From an uncultured Candidatus Saccharibacteria bacterium (GTDB taxonomy: Bacteria > Patescibacteriota > Minisyncoccia > Phycocordibacterales > PALSA-1337): DNA of 51,122 nt. Where the stretch lies: assembly GCA_964349525.1 (NCBI GenBank), contig CAYGGI010000001.1, forward strand, positions 1 through 51,122, given 5' to 3'. The position numbers and the translations under genes are program-made. Under the pieces are notes generated by a model, which saw only the letters and a program-made list of their open reading frames with translations, did not search any database and was not told where the DNA came from. Positions 43,473 to 51,122 of the stretch are shown here, in pieces; within the stretch, counting starts at the first letter, position 1, and the number at the start of each line of letters is the position of its first letter.

Positions 43473-45296
43473 ATGCAAACCATTTCGGTGCCTCTTACAC
43501 CTGCCGAGATCACCCTTACGGGGAAGATCGGACAGAAGGTGAAAAGACTATTTCCTAAGGGGTGTGAACGAATCCTTTTGATTCACATTCCTCAAGTCGA
43601 CAAGGAGAATTTCGATCTGGCAACGGCCAGAGCCGGAAGATATCCTTGTTTTCCGCCCTATGGGCCTGGACTCCTGTCCCGCAACCTGCGTACTGCTGGT
43701 TATACTACCAAGCTTATCGACCTCAACTACGAGATCCTATTTCATGTTGCTGACAGGATGTTCGACTACAGTCTCTGGGAAAAGGTCTTGGATGAAGTGA
43801 TGGAGAGCTTCCAGCCGAGCTTAGTGGCAGTGAGTTGTATGTTTTCAGCGACCCATGGGTCCATGAAAATGGTGACAGACTATCTCAAGGAGCATTTTCC
43901 ACAGATACCTATTGTTGCTGGGGGGGTTCACCCCTCAAACAATGTACGAGGTGTCTTGCAGGATGTTCCTAGCATCGACATCGTCATTGCCTACGAGGCA
44001 GACAAAGCCTTCACAACCTTCGTGGATTTTGTGAACAACAAAACCACGGCAGATCGTATCACCCAAACTGCGCTTCTCGAAGATGGAGAGTTCTTGTACA
44101 TGGAACGGCGCGCCGTTCCTGCGGAGGACGAGGTCAACTTTTCCCCCGACTACGACCTCCTTCCTATCGGGGACTATGGCAAACGAGGTGAGATCGGTGT
44201 CTATAGCTGGCTTCGAGGCACGCCTCCACGAAGTACCATCCTCGCCAATCGAGGTTGTCGCGCGCGCTGCACCTTCTGTTCAGTGAACAGTTTCAACGGA
44301 AATGGGGTGCGAAGCCGCGATCATAAGTTTGTTGCTGATGAGATGCAGCGCCAAGTCGAGAAATACAAAGTCGAACACTTCATGTGGCTTGATGATGATC
44401 TCTTTCGGCCTGACTGTGTCGACCTCTTCAGTGAGATTACTTCTCGGGGACTCAACGTTACCTGGGATGCGTCGAATGGTGTTATCGCTTCGGCTACAAC
44501 TCCCGCAGTCTTGCGGGCAGCCAGGGATTCTGGATGTATCGGACTTAGCTTCGGCATAGAGTCCGGTGATCCTGAGATCCTACGTTCGGTCAAAAAACCG
44601 AGTACGGTCAAGCATTTCCGGGCTCTCGGCGGAATGCTGAAAGAACACCCGACGATCTTTACGAAAGGATTCCTCATGGTGGGGTTTCCTGACGAGACTA
44701 TCGAAAAGATCTGGAACACGATCAACCTCGCGCTTGAAATGGCTCTCGACTGGTATCCGATCCAAATCCTCATGCCGTTCGGTGGCACGGAGATGGCAAA
44801 GAAACTTATCGAACGAGGTGTTACCGATGAGCACACAGTGCTCTCCTCCAAGATGCAGATCGGTCCTGCTGGCGCCATACGCCTCAAGGAACGCCGAGAA
44901 GATGCAGTAAGTACCTTCAATCCCGATGTTCTCGATCAGTCGAGAGCTGATAGGATACCAGCTCGCGAGGAGTTGCCGGACATTTGGTTCCTAATGGACT
45001 ACATGGTGAACTATCGACGCATCAATGATGAGAGTGACCCTGTCAGACTGAGGATGAAAGCTCTCAACCTACAGAACATTCTCGACCGGATCCCTCGGCA
45101 CGTCGCCCTAGCGTCTCTCTACCTCGGGGTCATCAACCAGAAACTTGGAAACTTCGAAGCTGCCTCAAGCAACTTTGAAGCAACTGAGCGGTATCTGGAA
45201 GAGTCGGCCTTCTGGCGGCTTAGGTTCGAGAAACTCGGCTTGAACGAGTTTCTTGCAAAGCGGCGGAGCAATGAAAGTTCCTTCGCAGTTTTATAA
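43473..45296 (+). CDS. B12-binding-domain radical SAM enzyme (class B-like) with a helical-repeat C-terminal extension
   Basis: CxxxCxxC motif NRGCRARCTFCSV. The N-terminal Rossmann-like domain reads LIHIPQ...VAVSCMFSATHGS...PIVAGGVHPS. The C-terminal 120 aa or so are helical (ALASLYLGVINQKLGNFEAASSNFEATERYLEE). Confidence 0.8.
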   Translation: MQTISVPLTPAEITLTGKIGQKVKRLFPKGCERILLIHIPQVDKENFDLATARAGRYPCFPPYGPGLLSRNLRTAGYTTKLIDLNYEILFHVADRMFDYSLWEKVLDEVMESFQPSLVAVSCMFSATHGSMKMVTDYLKEHFPQIPIVAGGVHPSNNVRGVLQDVPSIDIVIAYEADKAFTTFVDFVNNKTTADRITQTALLEDGEFLYMERRAVPAEDEVNFSPDYDLLPIGDYGKRGEIGVYSWLRGTPPRSTILANRGCRARCTFCSVNSFNGNGVRSRDHKFVADEMQRQVEKYKVEHFMWLDDDLFRPDCVDLFSEITSRGLNVTWDASNGVIASATTPAVLRAARDSGCIGLSFGIESGDPEILRSVKKPSTVKHFRALGGMLKEHPTIFTKGFLMVGFPDETIEKIWNTINLALEMALDWYPIQILMPFGGTEMAKKLIERGVTDEHTVLSSKMQIGPAGAIRLKERREDAVSTFNPDVLDQSRADRIPAREELPDIWFLMDYMVNYRRINDESDPVRLRMKALNLQNILDRIPRHVALASLYLGVINQKLGNFEAASSNFEATERYLEESAFWRLRFEKLGLNEFLAKRRSNESSFAVL

Positions 45297-45327
45297 AGGC
45301 TATACAACCTTTCGAATTCGCACAAGT

Positions 45328-45361
45328 CTCGCCTAACCTTCAGGTTACGCGAGGCTTTTTT
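45328..45361 (+). terminator. Intrinsic terminator after the second radical SAM gene
   Basis: CTCGCCTAACC-TTCA-GGTTACGCGAG (one mismatch), followed by GCTTTTTT. Confidence 0.7.
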
Positions 45362-45375
45362 ATGTAATTTTTTAT

Positions 45376-46227
45376 TTAACTTACGAGATCGTCGATACCC
45401 TTCGGATAGACAGGATTCTGGTCTTTGACTCTCCACATGTATAACGGTATAGAGATTATATGACTATTTTTAAAAGTTTCCGCAACTTGAAAATTAAAAT
45501 CTTTATCCGCACCTCTTCCCATAAACGATGGCCAGACTCGGTCTTTCAACTTTCTGAACTTTACTTTTTCGATGACTTCTCGTCCGAACAGAGGAGAATT
45601 GCCGGCTCCGGGATAATTTTCGAGGGAGCCAAAAAAGAATTTATTTAGAACCCGTCTTCTCTTTATGTGAAAGGGAATAAGTGCATTGAGCCCACGAGAA
45701 ATCTTTGCGACGAATCCTTTTGACCTTTGAGACATCTCATATATTTCTTTTGGTTCCGTGACTACGAGCTTATTTTCAAATGCTTCCATGTCCAATTTTT
45801 TTCCAAGGTGTGCTGGATTAAATTGAACCCAATCCATTGTCAGATGAGTAGAGTCGTATTTCGATAGGAGCTTATACTGGACTTCGATACGGTTCAGTAG
45901 GGAAGCGTCATCGGCGTCTTGGAAGGTTAGGTATTCTCCTCTGGCATTTTCAAAACCGGTATTTCGAGCAGAATAACCTGCATTTACATTTCGATTCAGT
46001 ATCTTATCGAAACGCTCGGGGTCGTCTTTTCCTTCGACGAGCTTGATTCTCGAATCAAGTTTTACCAGGTTCTCCACCGCCACTTTTGTACCATCAGTAC
46101 TTTTGTCATTCACGACGATAATTTCAAGATTGCGATAGGTCTGATCGAGGATTGACTGGATGGCGATGGCAATCGTTTTTTCACAATTATAGACAGGGAT
46201 GATGACGCTTATGAGAGGATGGTTCAT
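45376..46227 (-). CDS. Glycosyltransferase, GT2 family
   Basis: ISVIIPVYNCEKTI, IVVNDKSTDGT and LTFQDADD. Confidence 0.85.
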   Translation of the reverse strand: MNHPLISVIIPVYNCEKTIAIAIQSILDQTYRNLEIIVVNDKSTDGTKVAVENLVKLDSRIKLVEGKDDPERFDKILNRNVNAGYSARNTGFENARGEYLTFQDADDASLLNRIEVQYKLLSKYDSTHLTMDWVQFNPAHLGKKLDMEAFENKLVVTEPKEIYEMSQRSKGFVAKISRGLNALIPFHIKRRRVLNKFFFGSLENYPGAGNSPLFGREVIEKVKFRKLKDRVWPSFMGRGADKDFNFQVAETFKNSHIISIPLYMWRVKDQNPVYPKGIDDLVS

Positions 46228-47375
46228 ATTTTTAATATTTCCGTGATAAAACGATCATAGGCTTTTCTAAATTCATTTCGAGTGTAACGTCTTCGTGCAT
46301 AGTTCCAGATACTTCGAGATTTCCCTTTTATTTTTTCTGCAGGTTCTGTCTGAAACTTACACACAGTTTCCATGATGGATTCAGGAGTAGGATCGATAAG
46401 AGGAATGTATCCCGAGTCTTCCTGTATGCCCGTTTCGTGGCTTATAATAGGGATTATTCCAGCATGCATTGCCTGTACTATAGCTCCAGAGGAACCTTCC
46501 CCCCCAGATGGGTATATGACAGCAGAGCACGTATTTAAAATATTTTTAAATTTTTCGTGAGCAACATCAAGTCTTCCGTAGACGTGGATATTGGGAGTTT
46601 CTTCCAACTCCTTTTTATATTCTTTGACGAAATCTTTTTCTCCGTATAGTGGTCCGCAAATATGCAGATGTGTATCCGGCATTTTACTGAATGCTTCGAG
46701 GGTTATATCGAGTCCCTTTAAGACTGCTCCGCCACCACCTATCCACATAAAGTGTTTCCTTGACTTCTCAAAATCTTTATTTTTTGGGAAATCATACTGG
46801 ATTACGGTAGAAATAGGAATAAAGGTAATTGGCTTATGAAATTGCTCAAAGGTTTTAAATATTGTTTTGTTACCGAATCCTTCGAGGTAATCCGCAAGTT
46901 CAGCATCACGAGAAGGTTTTACAGAACGATGAGGAGAGAGCCGTATACCACGTCTTTTTTTGAGAGCGTCGAGACGCTTTGCTTCAGCATCATTATAGGC
47001 TTTCCAATAGGAAATAAGGATATGAAATACTTTTTTACAATTTTGAGGAAGGTATTTCAAAAGTCTTTCGAGATCGTCATCTGAGTCTATGCAAACCACG
47101 TATTTTTTTTTCGGAATGAAAATATGATCTTTAGAATTGATGATATCTACCTCGAATCCTTTTTCAGAAAAGAGTCGAGCTATTTCGTAACATTCCCAAT
47201 ACATGGTGTGATAGTTGGGGAAAGGTCTCCAAGGTGCAAAGGTAAATGGCTCGGTAAAATAAGAAAGAAGTACTGCACCTTTTTTTCGTCCTTGTGCTGG
47301 CATGTGAACTCTCCCCCATAACTTGTTGGTGATTTTGTTCTTGTACGCCCAATAGGTTTTTGTTATTTTATTCAT
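46224..47375 (-). CDS. Glycosyltransferase, GT4-like (GT-B fold)
   Basis: PSGGEGSSGAIVQAMHAGIIPIISHETG. Start set at ATG 47375 (8-nt overlap with the asnB stop); TTG 47396 is an alternative. Confidence 0.7.
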   Translation of the reverse strand: MNKITKTYWAYKNKITNKLWGRVHMPAQGRKKGAVLLSYFTEPFTFAPWRPFPNYHTMYWECYEIARLFSEKGFEVDIINSKDHIFIPKKKYVVCIDSDDDLERLLKYLPQNCKKVFHILISYWKAYNDAEAKRLDALKKRRGIRLSPHRSVKPSRDAELADYLEGFGNKTIFKTFEQFHKPITFIPISTVIQYDFPKNKDFEKSRKHFMWIGGGGAVLKGLDITLEAFSKMPDTHLHICGPLYGEKDFVKEYKKELEETPNIHVYGRLDVAHEKFKNILNTCSAVIYPSGGEGSSGAIVQAMHAGIIPIISHETGIQEDSGYIPLIDPTPESIMETVCKFQTEPAEKIKGKSRSIWNYARRRYTRNEFRKAYDRFITEILKI

Positions 47376-49122
47376 GGTCTTTGTAGTGAAGTTCAAACCA
47401 AATGCCGAGACACAGTATCGACCATATTTTTCGTATTGAAGATTTTGTATACCTGTCTTTTTTTTCTATGATCTTTCGCACAGTTTCTCGGTCGAGGTAT
47501 TTGTACATCGGATGGGCATTGTCAGTAAGAATCTTATGGATCTCATCCTGCAACACCTTTTCTTTAAGCCAATCTACTATCGGAGCTCCAAAACCTTGTT
47601 TTCTTCGATATACAAAATCTTTCGGCATAATTTCTGAAAGAATATCCTTCAAGATTATTTTATTTTCTGTCTTATTTATTTTGAATTTCCAAGGAAGATT
47701 GTATACAAATTCTACGAGCGCTGTATCTAAAAAAGGTGAGCGAACCTCGAGAGAATGCATCATGCTGGTTCTGTCAATCTTCGTTAGGAGTTGTCCAGGA
47801 AGGTAGATCTTGAGATCGTATCTATTTATCTTATCAAAGGAATCGACAGCACCACTGGTTGCGAGGGATTCAAATTCATCCTCTATAAGAGTTCTCTTTT
47901 TTATAAGGACTGCACGTTCTTTTCTATCAAATACTTCCACCATTTTTCTATATGAAGAGAATGGATTTTCGAAGATTTTTTTGTAGAGCGGGGTATTCCA
48001 GTATTTTTGATACCAACCATATCCCATAAAGAGCTCGTCTGCTCCATCACCAGAAAGAGCGACTTTGACCTTGGTCGAAGCTAGCTTCGATATGAGATGC
48101 TGGGGAAAGTTTGAAGAATCTGCATGCGGTTCGTCGAAGTATTCTATCACGTTTCTCAATTCTTCTATATCACTTGCTTGTGCAGTCAGAGTGAAGTGGT
48201 CAGTGCCTATCTTCTTTGAAGCTTCGAGTGCAAAGGGAAGCTCATTTACCCCTTTGTCATATCCCACTGCGAATGTTTTTATAGGATGAGAGGCATACTT
48301 TTGTGCATACAGAGTGACGAGGGTTGAATCGATACCTCCTGAAAGCAGTGACCCTATTTCCACATCTGCAACCATTCTTTTCTGTACAGCAAGATCAAAA
48401 AGTTTTTTTATGGTTTTTTTTGCTTCCACGAAGGAAATAGAAACCTCCTTTTTCTCTAGATCCCAATATTTCCTCATCCGTATATTTCCATCTTTTATAG
48501 TGGCTACATGAGCAGGGGGGAGGACATGAATGTTGGAGTAAATACTTTTGTTGGGTGGAATATATGAAAGTCGTAGGTAATCCTCAAGGGCTCCCGGATC
48601 TATTTTACCCTTTATTTTTCCGGTGGCAAAAAGAGCTTTTATTTCAGATGCGCCGAAGAACGTTTTGTCTATGAAGGTATAGTAAAAAGGTTTCTTTCCA
48701 AATCTATCGCGCGCGATAAAGAGTTCTTTTTTTATATCATCCCATAGTGCGAATACGAACATCCCGTCGAGTTGATCGAGACATGCATCACCGTATTCTG
48801 CATATGCCTTCAATATAACTTCAGTATCGGATTGCGTGCTGAAGCTGTGCCCGAGAAGCTCAAGCCTCCCCCTCAAATCCTTGTACCCATACATCTCCCC
48901 GTTGAAGACGATAGTATACGGATTCTTGGTATCTTTCATTGGCTGGTGCCCACCACCTATGTCCACAATAGAAAGCCGAGTTTGCCCGATGATCGCTCGA
49001 TCCTCTCTCACAAAACCCTTATCATCTGGACCGCGTTTCGACAATGTCGAAAGCATGGCGTCTATGCGACCATTCTCTATGGTGCCTGCGTTATTTCCCG
49101 TTATGGCTATAATTCCACACAT
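47368..49122 (-). CDS. asnB: Asparagine synthetase B-type glutamine amidotransferase
   Basis: N-terminal nucleophile MCGIIAI and PP-loop LLSGGIDSTLV; 584 aa. Confidence 0.9.
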   Translation of the reverse strand: MCGIIAITGNNAGTIENGRIDAMLSTLSKRGPDDKGFVREDRAIIGQTRLSIVDIGGGHQPMKDTKNPYTIVFNGEMYGYKDLRGRLELLGHSFSTQSDTEVILKAYAEYGDACLDQLDGMFVFALWDDIKKELFIARDRFGKKPFYYTFIDKTFFGASEIKALFATGKIKGKIDPGALEDYLRLSYIPPNKSIYSNIHVLPPAHVATIKDGNIRMRKYWDLEKKEVSISFVEAKKTIKKLFDLAVQKRMVADVEIGSLLSGGIDSTLVTLYAQKYASHPIKTFAVGYDKGVNELPFALEASKKIGTDHFTLTAQASDIEELRNVIEYFDEPHADSSNFPQHLISKLASTKVKVALSGDGADELFMGYGWYQKYWNTPLYKKIFENPFSSYRKMVEVFDRKERAVLIKKRTLIEDEFESLATSGAVDSFDKINRYDLKIYLPGQLLTKIDRTSMMHSLEVRSPFLDTALVEFVYNLPWKFKINKTENKIILKDILSEIMPKDFVYRRKQGFGAPIVDWLKEKVLQDEIHKILTDNAHPMYKYLDRETVRKIIEKKDRYTKSSIRKIWSILCLGIWFELHYKDHE

Positions 49123-49134
49123 GACATCACTATA

Positions 49135-50043
49135 CTATAGTTTCACCCAATTTTCAGGTAGAAGGTCTCTCGTGTCGTTTTTGGGTGCGTTGGCAAACCA
49201 TTTTTTTGGTGCGATAACAATCTTGTCCTTGTTCGGATTAAGCCATGCACCCCACCAGCTGAAACTGCTGTTCGCTATGATGTGATGCCTGCACTCTGAC
49301 ATAAGGATCATATCCTCATAATTTTTTTCAATTCCATTTTTTACACAAGTATAAGGATGCTCGAGCCATTTGAAATTTTCGACCACCCATTCATAATCAT
49401 CTGAAAATATAAAGAAATGAGGCGAAGGGACTTTTTCTGAAATTAGAAGGACGGCAGCTTTGTAGTATTCGAGAGAGCATGAGCCGTGAAAAGCGCTGAT
49501 GACAGGATCGGATACAAAGACTGTGCGGCGCACATGGAGAGAAACAGCATTGGTTTTACGAATGGTGTCACTGATACTCTGGCTATAAGCCTCAAAAGGT
49601 TTTACGAGTGTCACCTCTTTTCGTATCTCATCCCCGATTTCTTCGAAATATTTTCCCGTCTGCCAGAAACCATCGAAGTACACCGAACCTTTTTTTGTAA
49701 AGACTTCTGGATCGAAAGCAAAAGTCTTTTCTATAAAATAAAATGGCAGGAAGAAACGTCGGAGACGCAAGCGCGCATACAGTCTGTTGAAAAAGGCGTA
49801 GTGTCTGCGAACGGCGACAAAACCAAGCATATCCGAGCCTTTTGCAAAAGTGATTTTAGTATTGAAATGATGGAGATAGTATTCTGGTATGAGGGTACCT
49901 GGAGGCCAGTACTCAAGCTTTGGATCAAAGGCCGCACTATCGAGAAGGAACGTGGTATTCATGCGCTTCGCAACCGCTCGGGCAAAGGCGTATTGAAAAA
50001 GTTGATTTCCTAGACCTCCGACAGTTTTGACGATTATTGGCAT
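49135..50043 (-). CDS. GT11-family glycosyltransferase (alpha-1,2-fucosyltransferase-like)
   Basis: VGGLGNQLFQYAFARA, SLHVRR and ANSSFSWWGAWLN. Confidence 0.8.
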   Translation of the reverse strand: MPIIVKTVGGLGNQLFQYAFARAVAKRMNTTFLLDSAAFDPKLEYWPPGTLIPEYYLHHFNTKITFAKGSDMLGFVAVRRHYAFFNRLYARLRLRRFFLPFYFIEKTFAFDPEVFTKKGSVYFDGFWQTGKYFEEIGDEIRKEVTLVKPFEAYSQSISDTIRKTNAVSLHVRRTVFVSDPVISAFHGSCSLEYYKAAVLLISEKVPSPHFFIFSDDYEWVVENFKWLEHPYTCVKNGIEKNYEDMILMSECRHHIIANSSFSWWGAWLNPNKDKIVIAPKKWFANAPKNDTRDLLPENWVKL

Positions 50044-50050
50044 TGTAGTT

Positions 50051-50674
50051 CTATGGATAAATGGGTGTTCGGGGGTAAATTCTTAAGTTATCATTCTTCA
50101 TTTCAAATAAATAACCATAGCGACATGCAAGTTTTTCGATCGCTGCTACGGTCGGATACCCACCTCTACCAGTGAAATCTCTCGCATCATCGATGAGGAT
50201 AACATGATTCTTTATAGAGTGCTGTAGCAAAGCTTCAAGTTCTGATTCGATGGGAGTAATGACGGATCCTCTGGCGGTATCGCCTCCAGAATCATGCGCA
50301 TCCAGCCAGAATATAGCTGGTTCATGCAAGTCTCTCAAAACTTGTGGAAGAACAGCCGCACTGTCACCATGAAGAAGGTGTATGTGCTTATCTCCACGGA
50401 ATCGCTCGCATGCCTTAGTATAGAGATCATCTCCAAGCTCTATCGAATATATCCTCTTGAATCGTGTTTTCATCGCCTCCACCATGTCCCCATGATAGGT
50501 TCCTGTCTCTATAAAAGTGTCATATTTGAAACGTCTTTTGAAACCCATAATAGAATCTTCCCGCGCCTTCTGGAGTTTCCAGAACTTTCTGCGTGTAAGA
50601 AAAGCCATGAGAGGTGCATGAAGACCGACTGCTTGAAGAATTTTTTTTGCGATCGAACGTGGTGTGATTTTCAT
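50051..50674 (-). CDS. Putative SAM-dependent methyltransferase-like protein (family unresolved), tandem paralogue A
   Basis: ETGTYHGDM (glycine-rich motif I-like), IFWLDAHDSGGDTA and HVILIDDARDF. Clearly homologous to the next gene. Confidence 0.5.
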   Translation of the reverse strand: MKITPRSIAKKILQAVGLHAPLMAFLTRRKFWKLQKAREDSIMGFKRRFKYDTFIETGTYHGDMVEAMKTRFKRIYSIELGDDLYTKACERFRGDKHIHLLHGDSAAVLPQVLRDLHEPAIFWLDAHDSGGDTARGSVITPIESELEALLQHSIKNHVILIDDARDFTGRGGYPTVAAIEKLACRYGYLFEMKNDNLRIYPRTPIYP

Positions 50675-50675
50675 A

Positions 50676-51122
50676 TTATGTTTTGGGATAAATTCTAAAA
50701 ATATTTTCTACCATATCAAATGAATAATTATTTTCCCGTGCGAGTCTCTCCACTGATGTTGCCGTGGGATATTCATATTTGGGATCAAAGTCGCCCGCAT
50801 CATCTATTAAAATAACATGATTTTTTATCGGGTGTGCGAAGATAGCTCGTATCTCTCGCTCGATAGGTGTATTGGTTTCTCCTCGAGCCGTCTCTCCTCC
50901 CGAGTAGTGGGCATCGAGCCAGAAAATAGCGGGTTCATCTATTTCTGTCAAGATTTTGGGCAATTCGACGGCGCTATCACCATGGAGCAATCTTATGTGG
51001 GAATATTTTCCAAATTTCTCGCGTGCTCTCTCGTAGAGCACATCAGCAAGTTCTATCGAATATATTTTCTTGAACTTTTTTCTCATTGCCTCCACCATTT
51101 CTCCTCTGAACGTTCCTGTCTC
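50676..51122 (-). CDS. Tandem paralogue B of the methyltransferase-like protein; 5' end runs off the window
   Basis: The frame stays open to 51122 (ETGTFRGEMVEAMRKK...). IFWLDAHYSGGETA and HVILIDDAGDF. The stop lies 1 nt from the start of paralogue A. Confidence 0.5.
   Translation of the reverse strand, partial: ETGTFRGEMVEAMRKKFKKIYSIELADVLYERAREKFGKYSHIRLLHGDSAVELPKILTEIDEPAIFWLDAHYSGGETARGETNTPIEREIRAIFAHPIKNHVILIDDAGDFDPKYEYPTATSVERLARENNYSFDMVENIFRIYPKT

Noticed and set aside
47103-47111. Homopolymer tracts inside glycan genes as possible phase-variation switches (T9 here, i.e. A9 on the coding strand of the GT4-like gene; also 8-nt runs at 22903-22910, 30731-30738, 31253-31260 and 48414-48421)
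   Set aside because: In an AT-rich genome, runs of Lys (AAA) or Phe (TTT) codons produce A8-A9/T8 tracts routinely. All tracts are in frame, and a single sequence gives no evidence of length variation.
1-51122. Search for CRISPR arrays, integrases or transposases, inverted terminal repeats, toxin-antitoxin pairs or known defence genes, and for recoded UGA
   Set aside because: I saw no regularly spaced direct repeats and no recombinase, transposase or reverse transcriptase motifs in any ORF. The tRNA at the left edge is not followed by an integrase. TGA clearly functions as a stop (for example 3989-3991 and 20548-20550), so an alternative code is not supported.

Overview
The window reads as a compact, AT-leaning bacterial chromosome segment that uses the standard genetic code (TGA stops at 3989-3991 and 20548-20550). 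Gaps between genes are very short, many start and stop codons overlap, Shine-Dalgarno signals are weak, and many -10 boxes sit only a few nt from the ATG. This style fits a reduced-genome lineage such as Patescibacteria/CPR but does not prove it. Positions 1-15.6 kb are mostly housekeeping: a partial tRNA-Ile(GAU), pyruvate kinase, RadC, peptidoglycan genes (murD, an Mpl-like Mur ligase, and an NlpC/P60-mraY-ATE_C-like operon), an ATP-grasp enzyme, rsmI and a DUF4015-like hydrolase. This part also holds an unlisted LysW-like zinc-ribbon ORF, an orphan G+C-richer gene, and a roughly 340-nt G+C-rich non-coding island with its own promoter and terminator. That island is a candidate structured RNA that I could not assign to a class. 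From 15.6 kb to the window end (>34 kb, about 32 consecutive genes) lies one very large glycan assembly and tailoring island. It starts with a VirD4/TraD-like P-loop ATPase co-transcribed with nine glycosyltransferase genes. These include a polyprenyl-phosphate sugar synthase, a GtrA-like fusion and a GT-C enzyme, with two glycosyltransferase::methyltransferase fusions among them. The rest of the island holds two B12-binding radical SAM enzymes, at least eight SAM-methyltransferase(-like) domains and a split transketolase + SDR + cytidylyltransferase + Nudix module. It also holds a nucleotide-sugar dehydrogenase, an AsnB-type amidotransferase, two tandem epimerase/dehydratase paralogues and two GT11-like enzymes. 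I found no Wzx/Wzy, ABC exporter or initiating phosphoglycosyltransferase in the island. I saw no rRNA, CRISPR array, integrase or transposase. All calls come from reading the sequence and ORF translations by eye, and no database search was run.
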